A stretch of DNA of 64,000 nt from an uncultured Alphaproteobacteria bacterium (GCA_963842125.1 CAWJFE010000001.1:686351-750350), one strand, 5' to 3'; numbered from the stretch's first letter, positions 9,189-18,456 are shown. Numbers and translations: made by a program. Notes: generated by a model not told the origin, from the sequence alone.

Positions 9189-9563
9189 ATGACGGCGCAC
9201 GGACATGTTCACTGGACGGAGCTCAACACGCGGGACGCAGAGAAAGCAAAGAGCTTTCTCGGCCCCGCCATGGGCTGGACATTCGATGAGATGAGCATGG
9301 GTCCGGGCGCGCCCTATTGGATCTGCAAGGCCGGAGACGAGATGGTGGCCGGCATCTTCACCATGGACGGCCCGGAGTTCGAGGGCCTGCCCGAACACTG
9401 GATGGTCTATTTCGCGGTCGACGATATCGACGTCGCCGTGGAGGCGGCCACCAAGGCTGGCGGCACGGTCCTCAAGCCGATCTTCGACTTGCCCAATACC
9501 GGGCGCATTGCGGTGATCAAGGAGCCGGGCGGCGCGGTCGCCGGCTGGATGACGCCGGCATAA
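9189..9563 (+). CDS. VOC (glyoxalase/bleomycin-resistance fold) family protein
   Basis: The 124-aa translation (HWTELNTRDAEKAKSFL..WMVYFAVDDIDVAVEAATKAGGTV..GRIAVIKEPGGAVAGW) is typical of small VOC proteins. GGGAGG lies upstream of the ATG. Confidence 0.8.
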   Translation: MTAHGHVHWTELNTRDAEKAKSFLGPAMGWTFDEMSMGPGAPYWICKAGDEMVAGIFTMDGPEFEGLPEHWMVYFAVDDIDVAVEAATKAGGTVLKPIFDLPNTGRIAVIKEPGGAVAGWMTPA

Positions 9564-9819
9564 GCCGCCGAGGCGTCCAAAGCCCTGTCGCCACCGCCGG
9601 AACAAGGCCCCCCCGGGAAGGCGTTCGGCACAGCAAGTGCCGTCGGCCGTGAGCGATCCACTCAAAGCTCCTACGACCCTTGCAAAGGCGAAAAGCGCGC
9701 TCGGGGCATCCCGGCGCGCTGGCTTGGAGGTCAGGCGGATGTCGAGCGAACGCGCGGCGTATCCGAGAGGTCTCGTCCAGCGGACGCCTGCGACGCCCGC
9801 GCGGAGTACACCCGGAAGA

Positions 9820-9987
9820 CTACTTTATCTTGGCTTCCTTGAACTCGACATGCTTGCGCACGACGGGATCATATTTGCGGAAGCTCAGCTTCTCGGTCTG
9901 CGTGCGGGCATTCTTCTTGGTGACGTAGAAAAAGCCGGTGTCAGCCGAGCTGACGAGCTTGATCTTGACCATGGCGGCCTTGGCCAT
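9820..9987 (-). CDS. rpmG: 50S ribosomal protein L33
   Basis: [55 protein letters not shown], from the internal ATG of ORF 9820..10050. Confidence 0.95.
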   Translation of the reverse strand: MAKAAMVKIKLVSSADTGFFYVTKKNARTQTEKLSFRKYDPVVRKHVEFKEAKIK

Positions 9988-10207
9988 CGGAGCATTCCTC
10001 GACTGGATTGATACGGGCGGCGCCGGCCCATAGCCGGGCCGAAGCGGCAAACGCGGCCGCCACGTGAGGCGCCGGTTTCCCGGATCGTGCGGGAAAAGTC
10101 AAGGCTTGTCCACAACCCGATCGGCACTGTCTCGCAGACATACAACTTTTGGTTTAGTTTGTTCGGATAGGCGTGTTGCCGCGCGCCGCTCACGACCGCG
10201 AAAGCCC

Positions 10208-11293
10208 ATGACGAACCCGACGACGAACCTGATGACGAACCTATCGACACCCCTGGCCGGCCCGGCCGCATACCCAGCCTTCACATCGCAAACCGTCGCA
10301 GCGAACGAGCCGGTGGACTTCGCGCGCTACAGCCGAGCGCTCCGGGACGCTGCCGCCGAGCTTTTCAGACGCCTGCGGAGCGAGGGTACGATCCCGCGCG
10401 ATGCGGATATCTTCACCATGGCGCCAGGTCGGAAGCGGTCGCCCTCGGCGCGGCATTCGCGCTTCTCGCAGGCCTGGGCGCTCGGCGACTGGGCAGAGGC
10501 GGCGGTGCGGGACGGCATCGTGGCGAGCGCCCCCCTGACCGCCCGGCGCCTCGACGATGGCGATGCGAGGCTGATGGCTGGCGACGACGGCTTCGAGGAC
10601 ACCTTCCTTCGGCGCTGCAACGAGGCGATGGGCGCGGGCAAGCGGCCCGACCTTCTCGTCGGTCTGACTGGCGGCGCTTCTTCGAGCGACCCTACAAGCG
10701 AGCCACTCGGTGCGATCGAGGTCCGCGCGAGCCGCTACTTCGTCGATCGGCGGTTCGTGCACAGAGCGCGAGAGGGCGCGACGAGCGATGTCGTGCAGGA
10801 CAATGGCGATCGCGGGAACGCCAGCGGTCTCTCCGGTGCGAGCGGGCTCCATGACGCGAGCGGCCTCCATGGCGCGAGTAGGCTCCATGGCGCGAGTAGG
10901 CTTGGCTTCACCATCAAGCTGGAGGACCTCCGCGGCATCTATCGCTGGATCACGCTCCATCGCCGGCCGCAAATGCAGGTCCAGGTCTTCTTCGACCGGG
11001 CCTATGCGATCAACATGCTGCGAGCCTTCGAGATCCTCGCCTATGCGCCGAAACGGGTCGCGCCGCAGCGCTTCTCGCGCAGCCAGAACAAACCGACCTT
11101 CCTTATCCCGCTCGATGAAGGCGCCGAGATCGGCGTCTTCGCGCCTCGGCCGAACCTGGAGGGCGTCGTCCTCGAACAGGCCGATGGCGGCGTCGAGACC
11201 GCGCTGCGCCCGCGCGGCGGTACGCTCGTCATCAACCCCTCGGCCCTGCGCGAGGAAATGATGCCCCATTGCCCAGCCGTGCCCCTTCCCTAG
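10208..11293 (+). CDS. Putative type II restriction endonuclease (PD-(D/E)XK-like), partner of the adjacent methyltransferase
   Basis: Convergent with the MTase, with stops 30 nt apart. KRPDLLVG..(20 aa)..AIEVRAS resembles a PD..E-x-K/R catalytic core. I recognise no other family. It contains 12-nt and 18-nt in-frame tandem repeats (MTNPTTNLMTNL; ASGLHDASGLHGASRLHGASRLG). Confidence 0.45.
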   Translation: MTNPTTNLMTNLSTPLAGPAAYPAFTSQTVAANEPVDFARYSRALRDAAAELFRRLRSEGTIPRDADIFTMAPGRKRSPSARHSRFSQAWALGDWAEAAVRDGIVASAPLTARRLDDGDARLMAGDDGFEDTFLRRCNEAMGAGKRPDLLVGLTGGASSSDPTSEPLGAIEVRASRYFVDRRFVHRAREGATSDVVQDNGDRGNASGLSGASGLHDASGLHGASRLHGASRLGFTIKLEDLRGIYRWITLHRRPQMQVQVFFDRAYAINMLRAFEILAYAPKRVAPQRFSRSQNKPTFLIPLDEGAEIGVFAPRPNLEGVVLEQADGGVETALRPRGGTLVINPSALREEMMPHCPAVPLP

Positions 11294-11323
11294 TCGCGGA
11301 ACGGCGAAGAAGCCCGAGGTGCC

Positions 11324-12907
11324 TCAGCGCGTCGTATCGCCCGACCCCATCATCGCGCCCAGCCGAGCGAACGTTGTGCGGCGGATGTCGGCCACGCGCA
11401 GCCGGGCGATGTCGCCGGGCTCGAGCTTGCCGAGCCCACCGCCCTGGTCGCGCACCATCGCATCGAGCTGTCGGCGCACGGAGGACGCGCACAGCGCCGA
11501 GGCGAGCGCGTCCGCGAAGCCGGTGTCGGCGCAGACGGGATAGAGGCCGTGAAAGGCCGTCAGATGGAGGAGATCGGCAGCGTTTCGCACGACCCGCCCC
11601 GGTGGCGCCCCCCGCCCGTCGAGCCGGCCGAAGGTCGTCAGCCAGATCGGCGCCGGCGCGATGCGCTCGGGCCTATACCAGGGCTTTCGCCGTGCCGGCA
11701 GCGACCGTTCGGCGATACCGAGCCGAAGGCCATGGATCAGATAGGCGTCGCTAGCCCGGTCGAGGGGTCCCCCGCGTCCGGGCGCGAAGAGCCAGACCGG
11801 CCGACCGGCGGCGCGCAGACGCGCATAGTCCTCTATCGTCATCCTCGCCGACGGCGCGTCCGCCGCGCGGCCTATGCACGGCACGACGACGTCCGCTGCA
11901 AGGCTCCACCGGCGCACGGCCGCGTCGGTCAGATGGAAGAACCCGTTCGCACCCGTCGCCACACCCCGGCGGACCGTGGCAAGGGCTGAGAGCGGCACCA
12001 GTCCGTCTCCACCGACGGGAGCCGCGCGCGGCGAGGCCGGCGCACCGTCGCCCGATCGTGACTCGAAGGAGGAAGCGGACGTCGCTTCCGGTCGAAGTCC
12101 ACGCCCCCGGGCTCGCCTCGTGACGGGCCGCTCGATCCGCAGCAGGCAAGCGCCGACCGAATGGCCGGGAAAGGGGCGTGCGCCCTGTCCCAGGCGCACC
12201 ACGCCGCGGAGCCATCCACCGGCCAGAGCCTCTCGAAAGTCCCGCGCGGCGTCGCTCGTCAGCACGCTCGCCGGCAGAAGCAGCGAGGCGCGCCCGCCAG
12301 GCTTCAACGCCATCAACCCGGCGAGCGCGATACCGAGCGCAAGATTGGCGCGGGCCCCGAGCGGCACGCCAGCCACCGCAGAGACGCGAGCGAGGCGCTC
12401 CCGCACCTCGGGGGTGCACCAATGCGCGCGCACGAAAGGCGGGTTGGCAAGCACCGCATCGTGGCGCGCGACGACCCCGGCGAGCGTCGCGGACAGCATG
12501 TCGGCTTCGACGAGGTCGGCCCCTGGAAGGCGCGCGGCGGCGAGCGCGAGCGCTCGGGCATCGACATCGTAACCCGTCAGCCGCGCCGCTGCGCCCATAT
12601 CGGCCTCGCGCCAACCGGCGAGGAGCGCGCCTGGTCCGACCGCCGGATCGAGGACGGAGCCGGGCGCGGAGGGCGCGATCCAGTCGACCATCATCCGCAC
12701 GAGCGCCGGCGGCGTGAAGATCTGCCCAAGCCGCAACCTCTCATCGGCCCGCGTCCGCGCAAGGAAGAGCGCTTCGGGACTGATCGGGCTCACGAGTTCC
12801 GGGCCGGCACACCCGCCGTCCACTCCTGAACGATGCCGATCGCCGCGCCCCGTCTCGGCGGCTGCCATCGCACCGGCGTCCACGCTCTCCATGTCTGCGA
12901 TTCCCAA
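11324..12907 (-). CDS. N6-adenine DNA methyltransferase (gamma class, Eco57I/TaqI-like C-terminal target-recognition domain)
   Basis: GQIFTPPALVRMMVDWI, VLDPAVGPGALL (motif I), ANPPFVR (motif IV NPPF) and ATVRRGVATGANGFFHL (TRD). Confidence 0.85.
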   Translation of the reverse strand: MGIADMESVDAGAMAAAETGRGDRHRSGVDGGCAGPELVSPISPEALFLARTRADERLRLGQIFTPPALVRMMVDWIAPSAPGSVLDPAVGPGALLAGWREADMGAAARLTGYDVDARALALAAARLPGADLVEADMLSATLAGVVARHDAVLANPPFVRAHWCTPEVRERLARVSAVAGVPLGARANLALGIALAGLMALKPGGRASLLLPASVLTSDAARDFREALAGGWLRGVVRLGQGARPFPGHSVGACLLRIERPVTRRARGRGLRPEATSASSFESRSGDGAPASPRAAPVGGDGLVPLSALATVRRGVATGANGFFHLTDAAVRRWSLAADVVVPCIGRAADAPSARMTIEDYARLRAAGRPVWLFAPGRGGPLDRASDAYLIHGLRLGIAERSLPARRKPWYRPERIAPAPIWLTTFGRLDGRGAPPGRVVRNAADLLHLTAFHGLYPVCADTGFADALASALCASSVRRQLDAMVRDQGGGLGKLEPGDIARLRVADIRRTTFARLGAMMGSGDTTR

Positions 12908-13082
12908 GCCTCTGTATCGACGCGTCCGAAGACTGCGCCGCGCACCCTAACGGCCCATCGGGGCCCTTCATTATCTTAAGTTGCATTTCTTGCGATATCG
13001 CCGCCTGGCCGAGACGCCGTCCTGTGTTGGCAGAACGCGAGGCACTCCCTACATTCGGCAAGCCGAAGGCGGCAGGGAGGCT

Positions 13083-13637
13083 ATGCGGTTGCCGGTGACA
13101 GAAGCGAACGGTGGGACGATACGGCGCTCGCAAGACGGCGCAGGACGGGATGGGGGTGCCGGACGGCATCGCGGCGCGGGGCACGACCATGGCGTCTGCA
13201 TCGACGCCGCGCTCGCCCATGCCAGCGACGTCGCGGCCGCGGCCGGGCGCCCGCTCGCGGGCCTGCGTCTCGACGTGCTACGCGAATTGCTGCGCCAGCA
13301 CAGTCCGCGCGGGGCCTACGACTTGCGCGATGCGCTCGCCGACGACGCGCGCAAGCTTCAGCCCGTCCAGATCTACCGCGCCCTCGACAGCCTGTCCCGC
13401 ATGCGCCTCGTCCACAGGGTCGAGAGCCGCAACGCCTATATCGCCTGCACCGGCGGGCCGGACTGCGAGGCGCCCCAGCTCCTCATCTGCGAGCGCTGCG
13501 ACCGGGTGGACGAGCTCGGTGACGAGGCGCTCAGCGCCGTCGTCGACGTCGTGGCCCAGCGGACCGGCTTCACCATCACGCACAGCCTCGTAGAGATCAC
13601 CGGCCTCTGCCCCGATTGCACTGCGCCGGCCACCTAG
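13083..13637 (+). CDS. zur: Fur-family metalloregulator, probably Zur
   Basis: The winged-helix part is LRELLRQHSPRGAYDLRDAL..IYRALDSLSRMRLVHRV. Cys pairs are CERC..(about 45 aa)..CPDC. It is followed by a DUF3299 gene, which is typical of Zur regulons. Confidence 0.7.
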   Translation: MRLPVTEANGGTIRRSQDGAGRDGGAGRHRGAGHDHGVCIDAALAHASDVAAAAGRPLAGLRLDVLRELLRQHSPRGAYDLRDALADDARKLQPVQIYRALDSLSRMRLVHRVESRNAYIACTGGPDCEAPQLLICERCDRVDELGDEALSAVVDVVAQRTGFTITHSLVEITGLCPDCTAPAT

Positions 13638-13677
13638 AGGACGCCGAGGATCGCGGCGTCGCATGAGCGGCGGATCA

Positions 13678-13696
13678 CGTAAACGTAATCTTGTTA
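13678..13696. promoter_or_regulatory. Candidate Zur operator (weak)
   Basis: GTAAACGTAATCTTGTTAC is the only AT-rich, partly palindromic (GTAA..TTAC) patch between zur and the DUF3299 gene, 48 nt upstream of ATG 13744. Only the outer 4 bp are symmetric. Confidence 0.25.
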
Positions 13697-13743
13697 CAGA
13701 TCCCGCCCGGTGCTATCGTCCGCGCTCATCCTCCAGGTGCTCC

Positions 13744-14499
13744 ATGCTTCCCAATACGCGCGCTCTCCTTGCAGGCGGCCTGATCCTCGCCCTCGGCCTG
13801 GCCGGCTTCGCCTTCGTCACCCGCGAGGGGCGTAGCGAAGCCGATATCGGCCCGCAAGCGCTCGTCGCGACCGGGGCGACAGACGGCGCGGACGCGAACC
13901 ACATGGGCCGGGTCGCGCTGCCCGAGACGATGGAGACCGAGACGACCCGAGCCGAAGAGGCGGGCGGCACGCTCACCCTGGCCGATCTCACGGCGGGAAC
14001 CGATGGTGCGCCGCGTGTCATCGACTGGGACGATCTCGTACCGGCCGAGGGCATGGGCGAGCCCGTCTCCTTCGCCGAGGGCACCGAGGTCCGGACCGGC
14101 ATGCCGGAGCGCGAGGCCTTCGGCGAGGTGACCGAGGCCGACATCGCCGAGTTCATCCAGGACATCGACGACATGCGCTCGCTGCAGGAGCCGGGCGCCG
14201 CCATCCGCACCGATCTCGACGGCGTCACGATCCGCATGGCGGGCTATGTCACGCCCGTCGGCTTCGATGCCGACGCGGTGACGGAATTTCTCCTCGTGCC
14301 CTTCCTCGGCGCCTGCATCCACACGCCGCCGCCGCCCGCCAACCAGATCGTCTACGCGACCGACGCGACCGGGCTCGACATCGCCTCCATGTGGGAGCCG
14401 GTCTGGATCACGGGCACGCTGCGCGCGACGCCGGTCGCGACCGTGCTCGCCGATGTCGGCTACCGCATCGAGGGCGCGCAGGTGGAGCCTTATCTGTGA
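13744..14499 (+). CDS. DUF3299 domain protein (membrane-anchored / periplasmic)
   Basis: N-terminal TM segment LLAGGLILALGLAGFAF. C-terminal IRMAGYVTPV..FLLVPFLGACIHTPPPPANQIVYA..VWITGTL is the DUF3299 signature as I recall it. Confidence 0.8.
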   Translation: MLPNTRALLAGGLILALGLAGFAFVTREGRSEADIGPQALVATGATDGADANHMGRVALPETMETETTRAEEAGGTLTLADLTAGTDGAPRVIDWDDLVPAEGMGEPVSFAEGTEVRTGMPEREAFGEVTEADIAEFIQDIDDMRSLQEPGAAIRTDLDGVTIRMAGYVTPVGFDADAVTEFLLVPFLGACIHTPPPPANQIVYATDATGLDIASMWEPVWITGTLRATPVATVLADVGYRIEGAQVEPYL

Positions 14500-14555
14500 C
14501 GACCGCCTTGCCGAATCCATCGTCGTGACCACGGCGCGGCGGGGGAAAGCGGCCC

Positions 14556-15287
14556 ATGTTTGAGGCCGTGCACGAGCTCGAGCATCTGGTGCTCGAGGGG
14601 CTGAAGGATGCCGGCGGCGCGCCTTTCGCCGGGCTGTGGCTCTTCGCGATCGGCCTCGCCTTCGGCGCCATCCACACGCTGCTGCCGGGCCATGGCAAGA
14701 CCGTGCTCGCCACCCACCACGCGGCGCTCGGTCGGGGCTGGGCGGGGCTGGCGCGAGCCGGGGCGGACGGGCTCCTCATCGGCGCCATGCGCGTCACGTC
14801 CGCGGTCCTCATCGTGCTGGCCGGCTGGTCGCTCCTGGAGCGCACGGTCGGCGGCGAGATGCGCGCGCCCTTGCTCGAAGCGATGGGCGGCGCCGTCCTC
14901 GTCGGCCTCGGCCTCTGGATGCTGTCGGGGGCGCTCAAGGGGTGGCTGCGGCGGCGGGATGACGCCGCATCGCGAGGGGGATCGGCTTCGGGCGCGGTTC
15001 GCGGGCCGGCCGAGCGCCTGCCCGCTCTCGCCATCGGCCTCGTGCCCGATCCCGTGACCGCCGTCGTGATGTCCTATGCCGTCCTCGTCGGCGAGCGCAC
15101 GCTCGGCTTCGTCACCATGATCGGCATCGCGCTCGGCATGGCCGTCACGCTGACATTGAGCGCCTCGGCCGGGCTCGCCACCGGCGCCCGGATGGGGCGA
15201 CGCGGGCGCTGGGAGCGCTGGCTGCGCGTTCTTGGTGGCACGCTCATCCTCGGTGTCGGCGCACGCATGGTGCTTCGCGCGTTCTGA
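14556..15287 (+). CDS. NicO/RcnA-like metal transporter
   Basis: A polytopic membrane protein with the HTLLPGHGK motif (the H-x3-PGHGK signature of the nickel/cobalt efflux/transport family). It lies directly downstream of zur-DUF3299. Confidence 0.7.
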   Translation: MFEAVHELEHLVLEGLKDAGGAPFAGLWLFAIGLAFGAIHTLLPGHGKTVLATHHAALGRGWAGLARAGADGLLIGAMRVTSAVLIVLAGWSLLERTVGGEMRAPLLEAMGGAVLVGLGLWMLSGALKGWLRRRDDAASRGGSASGAVRGPAERLPALAIGLVPDPVTAVVMSYAVLVGERTLGFVTMIGIALGMAVTLTLSASAGLATGARMGRRGRWERWLRVLGGTLILGVGARMVLRAF

Positions 15288-15437
15288 GCGGCGGCTCGCC
15301 GGTCTCCCAAGCATCGAGCCCTCGGACGCGGCCCGGACCGCGACGCGCTTTCCCCTCGACCAATCCTTAACGAAGTGTAAAACTCCCCTCCTCGGGCGCC
15401 ATCGGCACGGGAGACGGATTTTCGTCGTCCACCCTTC

Positions 15438-15453
15438 TGGCACGCGGCTTGCA
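15438..15453 (+). promoter_or_regulatory. Sigma-54 (RpoN) -24/-12 promoter
   Basis: cTGGCACgcggcTTGCA is an exact match to TGGCAC-N5-TTGCW. It lies 90 nt upstream of ATG 15543. An AT-rich TTAA-N7-TAAA element at 15367..15381 is 57 nt further upstream. Confidence 0.6.
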
Positions 15454-15542
15454 ACGCTCACGGCAGGAGCCGGACGGCGTTTCAGTCCGGGACATTCGGG
15501 ACCCGCTCGCCAAGAGCGGCCCGTTCGACAGGAGAGTGCAAG

Positions 15543-15863
15543 ATGTCCATTGCCGCGATCGCCACCAGTGCCACGACGACCGGAACGGGCTTTCAGACCG
15601 GCCAACGCCCCGAGGCCGTGCCGACGCACAAGGCGCTCGTGCCCGTCGAGACGCCGCGTGCCGCGCCCCGCACCATTGCGGCGACGGCTGCGCGGCGGAT
15701 CACGCCCGACGCCGCCCTCGTTGCCCATCTCTGGGCCACGCGCGAGAACCTGCCCCAGCTTCGCGCCCGCCGCCGGGCGGCCCCCGGCACGGCCCGCGCC
15801 GCCTATGAAGGCGCGGCCGGGCTCAAGGACGCCCCGCGCGCCTCGCACAGCCGCGTCATCTGA
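15543..15863 (+). CDS. Hypothetical protein (106 aa), no family recognised
   Basis: AGGAGAG lies 7 nt upstream of the ATG. Third-position GC bias is strong throughout the ORF. A sigma-54 promoter motif precedes it. Confidence 0.5.
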   Translation: MSIAAIATSATTTGTGFQTGQRPEAVPTHKALVPVETPRAAPRTIAATAARRITPDAALVAHLWATRENLPQLRARRRAAPGTARAAYEGAAGLKDAPRASHSRVI

Positions 15864-15957
15864 CGCGAAGCGGTCTGGCGGGCGCGGCCTTGTCGCGCAC
15901 CCGCCATCCCCCTCCCGGCACGCGGGAAGGGACCTCTTGATGAAAGCCTCGAGCGGT

Positions 15958-17142
15958 TCAGTCTCGCTCGACGCAGAGCGCGACGCCCATGCCGCCGCCG
16001 ATGCAAAGCGTGGCGAGGCCCTTCTTGGCATCGCGGCGGGCCATCTCGAAGAGAAGCGTGTTGAGCACCCGTGCGCCCGACGCGCCGACCGGATGACCGA
16101 TAGCGATGGCGCCGCCGTTGACGTTCACCTTGTCGGCGTCCCAGCCCATGTCCTTGTTGACGGCGCAGGCCTGCGCGGCAAAAGCCTCGTTGGCCTCGAC
16201 GAGATCGAGATCGTCGACCGACCAGCCGGCCCGCTCCAGTGCCTTGCGCGATGCGGGGATGGGCCCGGTGCCCATGATCGCCGGATCGACGCCCGCCGTC
16301 GCCCAGGAAACGATGCGCGCCATCGGCGCGAGGCCCCGGCGGTTCGCTTCCGAGGCCCTCATGAGGAGCGTGGCCGCCGCGCCGTCATTGATGCCCGATG
16401 CGTTGCCGGCCGTGACGCTGCCCTCCTTGTCGAAGACCGGGCGCAGCTTGGCCATGCCGTCCATGTTGGCATCGTAGCGGATGTACTCGTCGGCCTCGAC
16501 GGTGGTGTCGCCCTTGCGGCCCTTGATGGTGACGGGGACGATCTCGTCCTCGAAGCGGCCGGCCTTCTGCGCGGCCTCGGCCTTGTTCTGCGAGGCGACG
16601 GCGAACTGATCCTGCGTCTCGCGCGTGATCTGCCACTGCTTGGCGACGTTCTCGGCCGTCGTGCCCATATGGTAGTCGTTGAAGGCGTCCATCAGACCGT
16701 CGCGCAGCATGGTGTCGACGAATTTGACGTCCCCCATCTTGGTGCCGTTCCTGAGGTGGGCGCAGTGCGTGGCCTGGCTCATCGATTCCTGGCCGCCGGC
16801 GATGATGATGTCGGCCGAGCCCTCCAGGATCTGCTGGTAGCCGAGCGCGACGGCGCGCAGGCCCGAGCCGCAGAGCTGGTTGAGCCCCCAGGCCGGCACC
16901 TCGACGGGTAGCCCTGCATTGACGCTCGCCTGACGGGCCGGGTTCTGGCCCTGGCCGGCGGTCAGGATCTGGCCGAGGATGACCTCGTTCACCTCGCCCG
17001 GCTCCACGCCGGCCCGCTCCAGCACCGCCTTGATGACGTCGCGCCCCAGGTCGTGCGCCGGAACGGCTGCGAGCGCGCCGTTGAAGCTGCCGACGGGCGT
17101 GCGGGCGGCGGAGGCGATGACGACGGGATCCTGTGCAGCCAT
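15958..17142 (-). CDS. phaA: Acetyl-CoA acetyltransferase (beta-ketothiolase)
   Basis: [18 protein letters not shown].., [18 protein letters not shown] and a C-terminal [14 protein letters not shown] are thiolase II signatures. The gene is divergent from phaR. Confidence 0.93.
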   Translation of the reverse strand: MAAQDPVVIASAARTPVGSFNGALAAVPAHDLGRDVIKAVLERAGVEPGEVNEVILGQILTAGQGQNPARQASVNAGLPVEVPAWGLNQLCGSGLRAVALGYQQILEGSADIIIAGGQESMSQATHCAHLRNGTKMGDVKFVDTMLRDGLMDAFNDYHMGTTAENVAKQWQITRETQDQFAVASQNKAEAAQKAGRFEDEIVPVTIKGRKGDTTVEADEYIRYDANMDGMAKLRPVFDKEGSVTAGNASGINDGAAATLLMRASEANRRGLAPMARIVSWATAGVDPAIMGTGPIPASRKALERAGWSVDDLDLVEANEAFAAQACAVNKDMGWDADKVNVNGGAIAIGHPVGASGARVLNTLLFEMARRDAKKGLATLCIGGGMGVALCVERD

Positions 17143-17419
17143 GTGAGGCGTCCTTCTCTGGTGGTTTGGCCTCTACCTAGCGCAGCGCGGCGGGAGACCC
17201 AAGTCGGCGTAGCGCAGGATTGAGGTCAGCGGCGCGGACGTCGAATCGAAGGTCTGAGCCCGCCCGTGCGCGCGAGGAATTGCGCGGCGCAGCAAAACCA
17301 GAGTCGGACCGCCGGCCCGGTCTGTTGCACCGCATCCAGCGCCGTGCCAGTTCTAGGGTCCGTCAGAGACCTGGAGATGCGCCCGACCGTCAACGGCAGG
17401 CCAAAGGCACGCGAGCACC

Positions 17420-18301
17420 ATGAGCAAGCCCACGATGAGCAAATCACCGACAAGCAAATCACCGACAAGCAAGTCACCAACGAGCCAGACACCGACGAAC
17501 AGGTCCAAGACGCCGAAGCCCTCGGCCGAGGCGGTCCAACCCGGAGCCGGCGAGAGGGGTGCATCCTCGGGATCGGACACGGGCCCCCGTCCCGGCGCGG
17601 CGCGGGATCGCTCGGGGCCGGTCTCGATCAAGAAATACGCCAACCGCCGGCTCTACAACACCGGCACGAGCACCTATGTCACGCTCGACGACCTGTCGCG
17701 CATGGTGCGGCGCGGCGAGGATTTCACCGTCACCGACGCGCGCACGGGCGGCGACATTACCCGCTCCGTCCTCGCCCAGATCATCTTCGAGCAGGAATCG
17801 AAGGGCCAGGCCAACGGGCCGAATCTCCTGCCGCTCTCGGTCATGCGCCAGCTCATCCGCTTCTACGGCGATTCGATGCAGTCGATGGTGCCCAAATATC
17901 TCGAATATTCCATGGACGCACTCGACCGCGACCAAGACAAGTTCCGGGCCTTGAGCGAGGCGATGACGGGCGGCCTCGTCAAGGGCGCGCTGCCCGGCGC
18001 CATCCCGGGCGCGCTCGGCAAGGGCACGCTCACCGCCATCGAGGAGCGCACGCGCCGGAACATGGAGATGTTCACCAGCGCGATGCAGATGTTCAACCCG
18101 TTCGCGGTGCTGCAGGAGCAGGGCCGGACGCAAGGGCTGGGGCCAAAGCCGGAGCAGGGATCGGGCTCGACGCAGGATCCGGCGCCGACAGCGGCTTCGG
18201 CGAGCGCACCCGAGCCCGAACCCGCCGAGGACGACCTGTCGGCCCTCAAGCGGCAGATGCGGGAGATGCAGGCGCGCCTCGAAAGTCTGTCCCGGGGATA
18301 G
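17420..18301 (+). CDS. phaR: Polyhydroxyalkanoate synthesis repressor PhaR with a repeat-containing N-terminal extension of about 70 aa
   Basis: IKKYANRRLYNTGTSTYVTLDDLSRMVRRGEDF..VLAQIIFEQESKG. No in-frame ATG/GTG/TTG lies closer to the conserved core. The N-terminus is MSKPTMSKSPTSKSPTSKSPTSQTPT (15-nt repeats). Confidence 0.85.
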   Translation: MSKPTMSKSPTSKSPTSKSPTSQTPTNRSKTPKPSAEAVQPGAGERGASSGSDTGPRPGAARDRSGPVSIKKYANRRLYNTGTSTYVTLDDLSRMVRRGEDFTVTDARTGGDITRSVLAQIIFEQESKGQANGPNLLPLSVMRQLIRFYGDSMQSMVPKYLEYSMDALDRDQDKFRALSEAMTGGLVKGALPGAIPGALGKGTLTAIEERTRRNMEMFTSAMQMFNPFAVLQEQGRTQGLGPKPEQGSGSTQDPAPTAASASAPEPEPAEDDLSALKRQMREMQARLESLSRG

Positions 18302-18456
18302 GAATGCCGCGACGCTCCCGTCCAGCCGCTTGAAGAGGCGGCCGAAGGGCGGAGGGGACAGGATGCACGCGCACGAAACGCCCCTCAAACCAGGGCGCTG
18401 CCAGCCCATACGGCGAAGTGCCGACGAGAGACGGGCGCCAACCCGCCGGCAAGGGT

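Noticed and set aside
17281-17291. The palindrome TGCGCGGCGCA in the phaA-phaR spacer as a PhaR operator.
   Set aside because: Short GC-only palindromes are frequent in this DNA. It does not match the TGC-rich operator patterns I recall well enough to support a call.
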